Source: Thecamonas trahens ATCC 50062
Taxonomy: Eukaryota; Protista; Apusomonadida
Assembly (NCBI RefSeq): GCF_000142905.1
Contig: NW_013657618.1
Coordinates: 1-64,000 of the forward strand
Length of the DNA stretch: 64,000 nt
Direction: 5' to 3'
Shown: in pieces, positions 25,754 through 36,900 of the stretch
Layout of the letters: each line of letters starts with the position of its first letter
Numbering within the stretch: the first letter of the stretch is position 1
Position numbers and translations under genes: made by a program
Notes under the pieces: model-generated
The model's input: the letters and a program-made list of their open reading frames with translations, nothing else
What the model was told of the DNA's origin: nothing
Database searches by the model: none

Positions 25754-26216
25754 TCAAGCTCGAGTCGGTCTGTCGGTCCGTCCGTCCGTCGGTTGAGTCG
25801 GTCGGTTGGTTGACTGACGGGTTTGGGGGGAGCGAATGGTTATGGCGGAATGGGGGGGATGAACGATTATTTGTTGTTGCTTTTGTTCATTCCGGCCACT
25901 CTCCCCATTTGGGCGGAGTTGGTCGGGAGACCCCGATTGGGCGCAGAGGCGTTTTGCATGGGGTCCGCCGTTGGGAGGACGAGGGAGGATGGCCGTGTGG
26001 CCGTAGCGGAGGGTGTGATGCTAGAGAGTGGTACTTCGAGAGTATGTCGTGTATGTACAGAGTGAGTGTGGGGCGATAGTAGGGAGATGGAGGTGAGCGG
26101 GAGGCGCGTGGGCGGTGGTAGAGCGCTGCGGGGAAAAGGTGTGCTGAGGGAGAAAAAAGCGCTTGCATCGGGTGGGTGGTAGAAAGGCGGGCGGTGTGTA
26201 TGGGAGGGATAGATAA

Positions 26217-26298
26217 GCAAGAGTTCCCGAGTGGTCAAAGGGGCATGTTTCAAGGTCATGTGCGTTTCGCTTCGAGGGTTCGAATCCCTCCTCTTGCA
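26217..26298 (+). tRNA. tRNA-Leu(CAA)
   Basis: Acceptor GCAAGAG/CTCTTGC with discriminator A; D-loop TGG; anticodon CAA at 26251-26253; long variable arm; T-arm GAGGG-TTCGAAT-CCCTC; T7 run at ~26357. Confidence 0.93.
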
Positions 26299-26595
26299 CG
26301 TTTGCATCCATCACAGCACTGCCGTCGCAGCCATTAGCTTCGATGTTATGGTCATCTTTTTTTGCCGCCTCCGCCACCCTCCCGCCGCCCTCCCCGCTTC
26401 CCTATTACACATACCGCCTTAAATATCCATCTGCAGTGACCCTCGTATCTCCACTACTTTTCAAATATGTCTTGCCTGTAAAGTCCCACAATCAGCCCCA
26501 AACAACAAAGGTCATCGCGAGGCCCGCCGCTCTCTGCGAGGCTCACCATCGATGCAAAAAAGAAGCACATCGCGCCCAAGGGCACAACGCTGAAT

Positions 26596-26678
26596 CGACG
26601 GCAACAGGACTCGAACCTGCACGCCCTCTCGGGCAAACGCTTAGCAAGCGATCGCGGCTACCATTTCGCCATGCCGTC
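26596..26678 (-). tRNA. tRNA-Ser(GCT)
   Basis: Minus strand GACGGCA...TTGCTAA...GCCCGAGAGGGC variable arm...GCAGGTTCGAGTCCTGT TGCCGTC G; discriminator G; T6 terminator downstream (A6 at ~26556 on the plus strand). Confidence 0.93.
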
Positions 26679-27624
26679 TTGATTGCTGAGTGTACACTGC
26701 AACCTGCTGCTTCTTCAACCGCACACACCACATCATCAGCCCACGCACACACGACACGATATCACGCACACACAGCCATGCACACACAGGTACACACACA
26801 CAGCCATAACCATACACACACACACACATATATACGTGTACACACTTCAGTTCATAATGATCACGCCTCAGCCAACAAAACTCCACAGAACCTCCAGCTC
26901 CCCCCCCCCCCCNNNNNNNNNNNNNNNNNNNNNNNNNNNNNNNNNNNNNNNNNNNNNNNNNNNNNNNNNNNNNNNNNNNNNNNNNNNNNNNNNNNNNNNN
27001 NNNNNNNNNNNNNNNNNNNNNNNNNNNNNNNNNNNNNNNNNNNNNNNNNNNNNNNNNNNNNNNNNNNNNNNNNNNNNNNNNNNNNNNNNNNNNNNNNNNN
27101 NNNNNNNNNNNNNNNNNNNNNNNNNNNNNNNNNNNNNNNNNNNNNNNNNNNNNNNNNNNNNNNNNNNNNNNNNNNNNNNNNNNNNNNNNNNNNNNNNNNN
27201 NNNNNNNNNNNNNNNNNNNNNNNNNNNNNNNNNNNNNNNNNNNNNNNNNNNNNNNNNNNNNNNNNNNNNNNNNNNNNNNNNNNNNNNNNNNNNNNNNNNN
27301 NNNNNNNNNNNNNNNNNNNNNNNNNNNNNNNNNNNNNNNNNNNNNNNNNNNNNNNNNNNNNNNNNNNNNNNNNNNNNNNNNNNNNNNNNNNNNNNNNNNN
27401 NNNNNNNNNNNNNNNNNNNNNNNNNNNNNNNNNNNNNNNNNNNNNNNNNNNNNNNNNNNNNNNNNNNNNNNNNNNNNNNNNNNNNNNNNNNNNNNNNNNN
27501 NNNNNNNNNNNNNNNNNNNNNNNNNNNNNNNNNNNNNNNNNNNNNNNNNNNNNNNNNNNNNNNNNNNNNNNNNNNNNNNNNNNNNNNNNNNNNNNNNNNN
27601 NNNNNNNNNNNNNNNNNNNNNNNN

Positions 27625-27937
27625 CGTCGCCACGCTGCGCCTTGTCCTCGACCGCTTTGTCGAGCACGGCCTGAGTGGCCCAAGAAAAGGGGATGGCCGG
27701 GTCAAAATTGGTACAAAACCGTCTCGGCACGCCCATGCGGGCATCCGCCGGGACAGTCGCCAGTCGCCCCACGTACTCGTCGGCGACTCTCGGCACCGGC
27801 CTGCGCACCTCGCCTGCCGCAGCAACTGGCCATCGCCGCATACCTCCCTGCCGCTCGCTAGCACCTCTCATGACGACCAAGACGAGGGTCATGACACACG
27901 CTGCCGCCACCGCCATGGCCAGGACCCGCCTGAGCAT
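27625..27937 (-). CDS. 5' part of a signal-anchor (type II membrane or secreted) protein, truncated by the assembly gap
   Basis: MLRRVLAMAVAAACVMTLVLVVMRG followed by protein-like sequence running into the Ns; no recognisable family. Confidence 0.45.
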
Positions 27938-28070
27938 GCCGCGTCAGTACAGGGGCTGGGGGTCGAGAGAGCAGGGTGCTCACCTGCGGATACTAAGCAG
28001 ACGGAGTGGGTGGCCATCGCCATAACCATCGCCTTCGCCAATGATCGTTCAATGGGTGGCCCATTCAATT

Positions 28071-28498
28071 GATCGTCCGCCATCCATGGCAATCGCCCAT
28101 GCTGATCGGCAATCGCCCATGCTAACCGTCCGCCATCCATGGCAATCGCCCATGCTAACCGTCCGCCATCCATGGCAATCGCCCATGCTAACCGTCCGCC
28201 ATCCATGGCAATCGTCCATGCTAACCGTCCGCCATCCATGGCAATCGCCCATGCTAACCGTCCGCCATCCATGGCAATCGCCCATGCTAACCGTCCGCCA
28301 TCCATGGCAATCGCCCATGCTAACCGTCCGCCATCCATGGCAATCGCCCATGCTAACCGTCCGCCATCCATGGCAATCGCCCATGCTAACCGTCCGCCAT
28401 CCATGGCAATCGCCCATGCTAACCGTCCGCCATCCATGGCAATCGCCCATGCTAACCGTCCGCCATCCATGGCAATCGCCCATGCTGATCGTCCGCCA
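28071..28498. repeat. 33-bp minisatellite, ~12-13 near-identical copies
   Basis: Unit CCGTCCGCCATCCATGGCAATCGCCCATGCTAA; 11 full units plus degenerate ends. Confidence 0.95.
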
Positions 28499-28670
28499 GC
28501 ACCCATACACCTCCCCTTACAGTCGTCCGCTCCTCCGCTCGCCATCGTCCGTCTCCGCCCATTCCTTCCTTCGATCAAACTCTCCGCATCGCCGAACACC
28601 TGACATCAACCTCGCCGCAGCCGACCGACATTGCGCACGGTCTCTCACACGAAGCAAGCAGACGACGGGC

Positions 28671-30665
28671 ATGTCACTTGGTACAGAGCTCGCGGCGGCT
28701 AATGCACAGCTCCCTGGTGGTTTTTCGGCAGACGTCGAGCTAGCTGCGAGTAGCAATGGCCAAGGTGGTAGCCGGCCGATCTGGACGGGGCGGGGCAAGC
28801 CGGCGAGTCGGCGTCCCGGCCGACGTGCGACTCGTCCGCACCGACAAGATGCGCACGACGGCGATGTGGGCAAGACTGCGCAGATGACCTCGACGGAGCA
28901 CCTCGGCCGGGCGGCGAACGCCTTCCGCATGCTCTCCTCGTCCATGGCCGCTTATCTCTCGCCCGACGACGTCGAGATCATCAACTCGATGGCCGGGGGC
29001 GCCGCAGGCATCATGCCTCTGCCTCCGCCGCCGGCGCTGCCTGACATTGCCTCGGGCATGCCGTCTATTGTTATCAGGCGTGAGGCACTAGACGCTGCCG
29101 TGGCCGAAGCGGCCGCCAAGGCCGACGCCGCAGAGCGCTCGGTCGAGACCATCGTCGCTGAGATCGATGCTTCTGAGCGCGACCATGCGCTGCGGCTGGA
29201 GGCGCTAGTCGCACTCCGAGCCGCTGCCTATGCCGCCATGACCTCTTCTGGCGCCCGATACTCGGCGCGGGTCTGGCCAGCTTCGATCGACACTCTTTTC
29301 GGCAACGTCGACGCTCTGGCTGCCGCCTCGTCCGACCTTGTCGCCGCCCTCGACGCCGCACGTTCGCATTCACCCGCGGCTCGCCTCGAGGCCATCTGTG
29401 CCGCTCTGGCGGCCGCCGCCGCGCCCATTGCCCGCGCCTACGGCGAGTACCTTGTCGATGCCCACGCTCGAATCAAGCTTCTCCGTCTTCTCTCGGCGTC
29501 CGAAGCCAACGATCCCACCCTCCGCGACGGCCTGGCCGCGCTGGTCTCCGCCGGCCGCGCCGACGACGCCTGGGCCGCAAGCGGCCGCTTTGCTCCGCTT
29601 GCCAGCCTTCCGCTCGAGGCCCTCATCTCAAGCGTAGCGCAGCGGCCCGGAAAGTACAACGTACTGATGACGACCGTACTGGCCACGCTCGACGCCGTCG
29701 AGCCCGAGACCAAGGCCAAGCTTGATCTGCGGTCGATGAACATCCGCGCCGCGGCCTCGGCTGCCGGCGAACTTGCTGCGAGCACTCAGGCCGAGCCGCC
29801 TGAGATCAGCTCGGGCATCCAGGCGAATGACCCGGGTGGGCTCTCGGTTGCCATGCTCGATGCCGCGCGGCTCTTCCGGGTCTACGCCGCCGACATGAAG
29901 TCCCTCCGCAAGGCTGCGGAGAAGCACTCCAAGTGGCGGCTCGTCGGCCGCGGCAAGGCCTCGCGCTCCGCCGCTGCCCTCAACGCCATCTACGGCTCGG
30001 CAGAGACCGCGCGGCGACTGACCTCACTCGTCATCGCCCGTCTCGCCGCCGCGTCGCTCAACCCGGGCGCGTACAATGTTCTCCAGGTCGACGCCGTGTA
30101 CGGCGATGCGCCGCTCACATGTGTCCTCTTCTCCACCCACCTCATCTTCACCTTTCCGCTTGCCAATGACGCGGCCCAAGCACTCCCACAAGCCGCGCCA
30201 GCCTTTGTCTTTGACCTTGCCGACCCGTCGTTTGCCATCACGCCCGTTGATGGCCACGCCGACCGCCTCGCCGTCTCGGACTCGGCGCTCGGCGCCTTTA
30301 CGCTCTTCTTCCCCGCCCCGCGCGACGCATCCATCCTTCACGCCCGCTGCCTCGCGTTTCATCTCTTTGAGCTGCAACTCGCCGCCGTCCGCGCATCCCG
30401 TGCAGTCGCCGCCTCCATCGCAGCCCTCCCTCCCGGCCCGGCCGCCGATGCGGTCGAGGCTAACATCGCCCGCGCCACCCTCGGCCTCACCGCCTTTGCC
30501 GACGACACCGAGGCCGAAGACTTTGCCGACGCCATCACCATCGCTCTCGGCCACTCGGCCCCCCTCACATTGCCCTCTCTCCTTGTTTGCCCTGACTGTG
30601 GCATCGAGGCCAAGTTCTGTCCCGCCTGCGGCGCTGCCCGGCCCAGCCGCTCTCCCATGCCATGA
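28671..30665 (+). CDS. Dbl-homology RhoGEF (DH + PH-like) with a C-terminal zinc ribbon
   Basis: IVAEIDASERDH..RLEAL, IDTLFGNVDAL, YGEY and LEALISSVAQRPGKY are divergent DH motifs; PH-like CVLFSTHLIF; terminal CPDCG...FCPACG. Confidence 0.75.
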   Translation: MSLGTELAAANAQLPGGFSADVELAASSNGQGGSRPIWTGRGKPASRRPGRRATRPHRQDAHDGDVGKTAQMTSTEHLGRAANAFRMLSSSMAAYLSPDDVEIINSMAGGAAGIMPLPPPPALPDIASGMPSIVIRREALDAAVAEAAAKADAAERSVETIVAEIDASERDHALRLEALVALRAAAYAAMTSSGARYSARVWPASIDTLFGNVDALAAASSDLVAALDAARSHSPAARLEAICAALAAAAAPIARAYGEYLVDAHARIKLLRLLSASEANDPTLRDGLAALVSAGRADDAWAASGRFAPLASLPLEALISSVAQRPGKYNVLMTTVLATLDAVEPETKAKLDLRSMNIRAAASAAGELAASTQAEPPEISSGIQANDPGGLSVAMLDAARLFRVYAADMKSLRKAAEKHSKWRLVGRGKASRSAAALNAIYGSAETARRLTSLVIARLAAASLNPGAYNVLQVDAVYGDAPLTCVLFSTHLIFTFPLANDAAQALPQAAPAFVFDLADPSFAITPVDGHADRLAVSDSALGAFTLFFPAPRDASILHARCLAFHLFELQLAAVRASRAVAASIAALPPGPAADAVEANIARATLGLTAFADDTEAEDFADAITIALGHSAPLTLPSLLVCPDCGIEAKFCPACGAARPSRSPMP

Positions 30666-30702
30666 TCGGTCGGCGCAAGCGATGCTCTGCTCTTCTTTAG
30701 CC

Positions 30703-32156
30703 TCAGAAAAACGCCTTGCCCAGCCCACGGTACGAAGGAACAGCCACGAGATCGGCGCCAAACTCGGCGAGGTAGACCACGCTGAACCGCTCCATGATCT
30801 CACCCGACTTGGCTGGCCGTACCCAGACCATGTCGCCGATGCGAAGCGAGACGCCAGCTGGCAGCGCGATCGGCGTCTGCACCTCGCCCCAACCCTCGGC
30901 GGGAGTCACAGCCGCGCCTGGCGGGAGGCCCACAAGCACTGGCGCCTTGTCCTCTCCGATGGCGCCCGAAGCCACAAATCCACCCGACTGAACCACCACG
31001 TGCCGCTCGTCCGGCGTCCGGGTCACCCGCAGCGCGATGGCGACCGCCGGCGAGCACAGCCGCGCGGCATAGCCGTCAAACAAATGGCCGCAGAGCAGGC
31101 CCGAGCCCATGGTCACCTCGGTTGCGGCGAGATCGGCCACAGCAGAGCAGAACGAGCCCGTCCCGCCGGTGTTAAAGATGAGCGGAATGCCCGATGCGCT
31201 CATCCGCGGGCGGACTGCCAGGAGCTCGCCGAGTTCAGCCCTTGCACTAGCGAGCTTCCACCTCGCCACGGCCTGCATGCCAGCGACGAGCATGTTGTAC
31301 GCCCGCGATGCAAACGGCGATGCGTCCGGCACGCCCGCCACGTGCGCCTCGTACGCCATCAGGCCGGTAAACTCGAGGCCGCGAGCGGCGTCGATGGCGG
31401 CCACCACTCGGGCGACGTCAGCCACCGACCGCAGCGGCGACCTACGGACGCCGACATGGAGCCAGGCTGCGGCTTCGAGCGGACGCAGGGCAACGTCGAC
31501 GTCGACAACCACGGGCACAACAAGCTTGGGGCCTTCTCCGGCTGCTCGGCCTCGTACGCGTCGAGCCAGTCGGACATGGCCGTCACGTGCGCCAGCGAGT
31601 CGACCATGAGCCGGACGATCCTGCCGGCGCCGACGAGACGGACAACGTGCCGCATGTCAGACACAAGGGAGATCGGGTACGCCACAAGCACGTCATTCAC
31701 GCCGAGATCGGCCAGGCGAGAGGCGACTGGCGAGTCGAGGAGAAGCCACGCAGCCTCACTGGCAGAGAAGCACATCAGCGAGGTGAACGCGGTCGGCGCG
31801 AGCTCGATGGCCCGCGCAATGAGGCCCGGGACCCGGAGAGACTTGGTAGCGAGGCGAATGGTCTTGTTCCCGCGACTTGCCGCCGACGCGTACGATGCCA
31901 CGTTGGCATCAAAGGCCGTGACGTCCACAACTGCCGCAGGCGTCGTCGCGCCCATCGACTCGAGCGCCGCTCCCGCCGCATCAATCGCTCTGGGCGCCGC
32001 AGCTCCTCTGCCTCGACTGCTCCTTGCCGCTGCCCAGCTCCACGCCACCATCAGCACCACTGCTGCTCCGCCGAGAGCCAGCCACCGCGTCGAGAGCAGA
32101 TCAACGCCGTCCATCCATTCTCCCACCGCCAGCACCTCGCCCAAGAGCGCCTCCAT
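30703..32156 (-). CDS. PLP-dependent fold-type III enzyme (D-serine dehydratase/D-threonine aldolase-like) with N-terminal membrane anchor; frameshift at ~31530
   Basis: TPAAVVD...RLATKSLR (PLP lysine), HVGVRRSP, GLMAYEAH, NTGGTGS, EVTMGSG, GEVQTP, RPAKSGE, SYRGLGKAF. The two ORFs join by restoring one C in a C-run. Confidence 0.85.
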
Positions 32157-32651
32157 CGCCGATGAAAAATGCAATTACTATCGTCGAGAGAAGTGATGCG
32201 CCGACCGGTTCCTCGCCACGTGCCCCCCTTTCCCAACCCATCCCGTCTGGGGAAGCAGCAGCCATCTCTTCACCCCCCACCCCCCCACCCCATCGCTACC
32301 CCACCCATCACTCGCACTGCCTCTGCCCACTGCCCCCCNNNNNNNNNNNNNNNNNNNNNNNNNNNNNNNNNNNNNNNNNNNNNNNNNNNNNNNNNNNNNN
32401 NNNNNNNNNNNNNNNNNNNNNNNNNNNNNNNNNNNNNNACCCCTCCCCCGACCCCCCCCCCCCCACCACACACACACACACCTCACTCCTAAAATATTTC
32501 ATCCCCTCCTCTGCCGCACCACAATTTTTTCACCTTCCAATATCCCGTCCAGTCGTGTGACCTTCCCGCCACTCGCGTCAGACACACCGGCTCGGCTGCC
32601 CGCGGGCATAGCGCAGCAGACTCAACTCGACGACGACTTTCCTCGACGACG

Positions 32652-33924
32652 ATGAAGACAATGACTCCTCTGCTTGCGCTTGCGCTTGCGCTTGCTGCAG
32701 TGTGCGTGGGCATGGCTACGGCTGCTCCGCCGAGCCTCCTCACCGCTGAGCATGGCTACACCTTTGCCGCTTACCTCGACGACTTTCCTTCGGTGACTCA
32801 GATGTGGTCGGATGTCACGGTGGACCGGGAATCTATTTTCGCGCGCCGCCTCGCTGTCATCAACGCTCATAACGCCCGCTACCTCGCTGGCCACGCCTCG
32901 TGGTACATGGGCGTCAACCTCCACACCGCCCTCACCGATTCGGAGCGTGCTTCCCTTCGCGGCCTCCGCCCGGAGCGCAACGCTCACGCCGGCAAGCACG
33001 CCACGCCCTACGTCCCGCGCTCGGCCTCGCTCGCCGACCTCCCCTCTCATATCGACTGGCGCGACCACTCGCCGTCCATCACCACCGCCGTCAAGAACCA
33101 GGGCCAGGTAAGCCCTTCCCTCTCCCCCCTCCCTCTCCCCTCTTCCCTCTCCCCGCACCCCCCCACGCCCGCCCTCGACCCTTACTCACTCTACTCCAAA
33201 AAATATTTTCTCCTTTCCCCAGTGCGGCTCCTGCTGGTCCTTCGCTACCGCCGAGACCCTCGAGTCCCACTACGCGCTCGCCACCGGCAAGCTGCAGGCC
33301 CTCTCGCAGCAGCAGGTCCTCGAGACGCCGAACCCGCAGCAGTGCGGCGGAACCGGCGGCTGCGGTGGCGGCACGGCCCAGCTCGCCTATGACTTTATGG
33401 TCGACGCCTGGAACGGCACCCTCGGCTCCGAGTGGACCTACCCTTACCGCTCGTTCTTTGGCCAGAACTTCCCGCCGGTCTCCAACTCTTCCGCCATGAA
33501 GGCCCCTGCCGCCGCCATTACCGGCTACATGCAGCTGCCTAACAACGACGCGCACGCCCTCATGGACGCCCTCGTCAACGCCGGCCCCATCGCCGTCTCC
33601 GTCGACGCCTCCGTCTGGCACGACTACGCCGGTGGCGTCTTCAACTCGTGCAACCAGACGAACCCAGACATTGACCATGCTGTTGTCCTCATGGGTGCAG
33701 GCAACGACCCCAAGTACGGTCCCTACTGGCTCATCCGCAACTCCTGGTCGCCCTCCTTTGGCGAGAACGGCTACATCCGCATCGCCCGCCCGGCCACCCC
33801 GTCCTGCGGCCTCGACATCAACCCGGCCGACGGCTTTGGCTGCAAGGGTGGCCCCAAGTCCATCGAGGTCTGCGGCACCTGCGGCATCCTCTCCGACTCG
33901 TGCTACCCCATCCCCAAGATCTAG
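32652..33924 (+). CDS. Papain-family (C1A) cathepsin L-like cysteine protease; exons 32652-33107 and 33223-33924
   Basis: Signal peptide, inhibitor prodomain, DWR, KNQGQ|CGSCWSF across a GTAAGC...CAG intron (33108-33222), catalytic DHAV and IRNSW. Confidence 0.96.
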
Positions 33925-33966
33925 TTCGACATCTCCTTCAATGAACTGCGCGTCCTAGCCATACAA

Positions 33967-36900
33967 TTACGAGCTACTACTGCTCGATGAGCTCGTCCCC
34001 GGGCCAGAACTCGAGCTAGAGCTGCTGCTCTCAACCGTCGACACGTATGACGACGACGACGAGCCAGCCGCTCCGCCTGCGCCACTACCAGCAACGCCGC
34101 CTGCAACGCCGTCGACTGACCCCATCACAGAGCCTCCCAGCGACGGCATCACACCGCCCAACATGCCCTGCGACATCAGCGCGTCCATGTCAATCTCCGG
34201 CGGCAGCGTTCGTAGCGCCTTCACAGACGCGCTGTCCGAGTCGTCGTCCACACGCACCAGCGGAGACACAAACTCAAACGCGCCCATGCCCGACACAAGC
34301 TGCCCGCCACCTCCAGCCAACGAGTCAAACGCCCGCGAGTCGAGCGAGCCATTTGGCGTTGCTTCGACAGTGCTCACAGACGGAGACGCCACCGTCAGCG
34401 GTGCCTTGCTCAGCGGCGGCGGAGTCCCAAGCGACTCCAGTTCGATGCCGCCCGCACAGCTTCCGTACATCAGCGAGTCAAACGCGGGATTGAACGCCGG
34501 GTTCCACGCACGCTCCGCAAACCGCGTTCCGCCAGGCTTGCTACTAGGCTCGGTATTCGCCGACACCGGGTTCATCACCACGTTGCCAATCGCCACACCA
34601 TCGCCACCCATCATCGCCTCGTCAAACGTCGATCCGAGCGACATCTCTTCGGCCACAAACCCGCCGGCCTCCACTTCGGCCTCAAACAGCTTCTCAGTCT
34701 CCTTGTCGCGCCGGTAGATGAGCACAAGGTCGATGATGTTGCCCACTACGATCGCGAGCACGTTGATACAGATCGCACCTGCGGCTACCCCGTTCCGCAG
34801 CTCGGCCTCTGCAAACGTCCCTGCCCACAGAATGCACAGGCACGACGCGAGACACACGAGCGCGAGGTGGTTGTGGAACATTGTGTCGTACGGCAGGAAC
34901 CGCACCAGCTGGCACATAGACACCACAAGCGCAAACAGCGCCACGTTCGCCTTGGTCATCGGCGCACGGAAAAACGTCATCGCCATCACCACGCTCACCT
35001 TGCGCGCCATAATCCACACCTCGAACCGGTAGTTGGCCGGCGAGAACCGCCCCACAAGGAACGCGTACCGCAGACTGAACAGCACAGGATCCGCCACGCT
35101 CCGCACCCGCGTCAGCAGGTAGAACACAAGCGACGGCAGCCCCAGGCAGTACACCACGCAGAACACAACCGCAACTCCAAAGTAGTTCCAGTACCACGTC
35201 CCGTAGCAGCTCTTCGCCGGTGCAGCCTCGAGCACCCACCGCCCGTCCTTGTCGCGCCGGCACTGCAGGTAGCTCATCGCCATCGCCGCAAGCGGCAGGT
35301 ACAGCAGCACCATCAGCTGCAGGTACGCACGCCGGCACGCGTCGCGCAGCGCTCCGCCCGTAATCAGCACCACATGCCCCAGCCGCGGCGCAAGGTGGTG
35401 CTTGTTCACCATCACGCTGCAATACACAATCGCAAACGGTACAACAAACAGCAGCGGTAGACTCACCGTCATCCACCACTTGAGCAGCCACACATCGTCC
35501 GTCACCGTCGCACACTCGGGCGAGCTCAGGTCAAAGTTGAGGTTGAAGAACGAGACCACGTTGAAAAACTGCGACGCAAAGTTCGACCACGGCAGCTCAA
35601 ACTGCCCGTACATCGCGCTGATCTGCAGCGAGTTGAACCCGATCATCACAGCCGCAAACCGGTAGCTCAGCTCCTCCTTGGCGTTGAGCCACACGAGCAG
35701 GCCCACAAAGCACACCGCGAGCACAAACACCACCGCGAAAATAGGCAGCGTCCGGTTGTCACACTTGTAGCACGATCCGCTCAGCGCATAGTACCCGCGA
35801 TCGCACGCTCCGCACAGCTGTCCGGTGTACCCCTCCGTGCACCGGAACGGGAACCCGCCCTTGCACGCCCCGGCGTTCGGGCACTCCAGGAACACCCCAG
35901 GATCCTCCGTCGGAAAAAACCCAGGCCGTGCCACAGGCAACGACTGCCCGCCGTCGCACTTGGCCCCCTCCGGACACGCCTCGCACCCCACATTGATCTG
36001 TCCCGTCGCCGTCCAGAACCCGGGAATGCACGAGCAGTTGAGTCCGAGTCCAGGCTCGGGCACAAACCCGGGAATGACCTGCGCGTTCTCCGGGCACGCC
36101 AGACACTCGGTCGCCCCTTGCCCAGTCAGCACCGTCGACGCCGGGCAGATCTTGCACGGCTCGAGCGACGTCGCATTCGAGAACGTGCCCTCGGCGCACA
36201 GCGTGCACTCGAGCACAGTCGAGCCCGGCCTGATAATCGCTCCAGACCCCGGCAGGCACGCCTGCACAACCACAGAGTCGCGCACAATCGCATCCGGCAC
36301 AAGCTCCAGTGGAATCGCAGACTGCGCAACCGCAATCTGCACCGCAATCGGCACTCCCACCTCGGCCCCGCTCCGCGCTGCAATCCCTACTCCGCCAAAC
36401 GACAGCTCGGCATCGGTCATCAGCTGCTGCCGCCCAGAGCCCACAAACGCAAACTCGGCCTCCTTTGCCCCGTCCTCAAACTCCATCGAGAGCATCAGCT
36501 GCGGGTCAACAACCACTTGTCCGAGCGCGTCCCGACCAGTCACCACTCCGTACCCGCTCCCAAACGGCGCTCCCGACGACACAAGCTCCGGCAGACCCGC
36601 CATCCACTGCAGCGACACCACAGGCATCGCCGCCATCGCCCCGTATCCGACCACGCTCTGCACCTTGTCCAGGCTCTGGTTGAACGCCCCAAGCATCCCG
36701 CTCGACGCGCTCGCCCACGGCAGCCCGCGCAGCTCCGCAGGCGACTCGGCCAGACAGCACGGATCGCCCGCCATCCCACACAGCCCGCCCTCAGGCAGGC
36801 AGCTGAAGAACAGTCCAGAGCCCACGTCGTTGCCGTTCGGCTTGGCGGACACGTCAAACTCAAACCCGCTTCCCGTCCCCTCCACGCTCACCCGCGACCC

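Noticed and set aside
26241-26260. TCA suppressor or selenocysteine anticodon
   Set aside because: Stem symmetry centres the loop on CAA, and the acceptor stem and discriminator fit Leu.
26343-27864. Long ORFs spanning N-runs
   Set aside because: Artefacts of assembly gaps (1741-1840, 21291-21489, 26913-27624, 32339-32438, 42191-42290).
27889-28603. Repeat-protein ORFs (AWAIAMDGGRL etc.)
   Set aside because: Translations of a 33-bp minisatellite with almost no synonymous variation.
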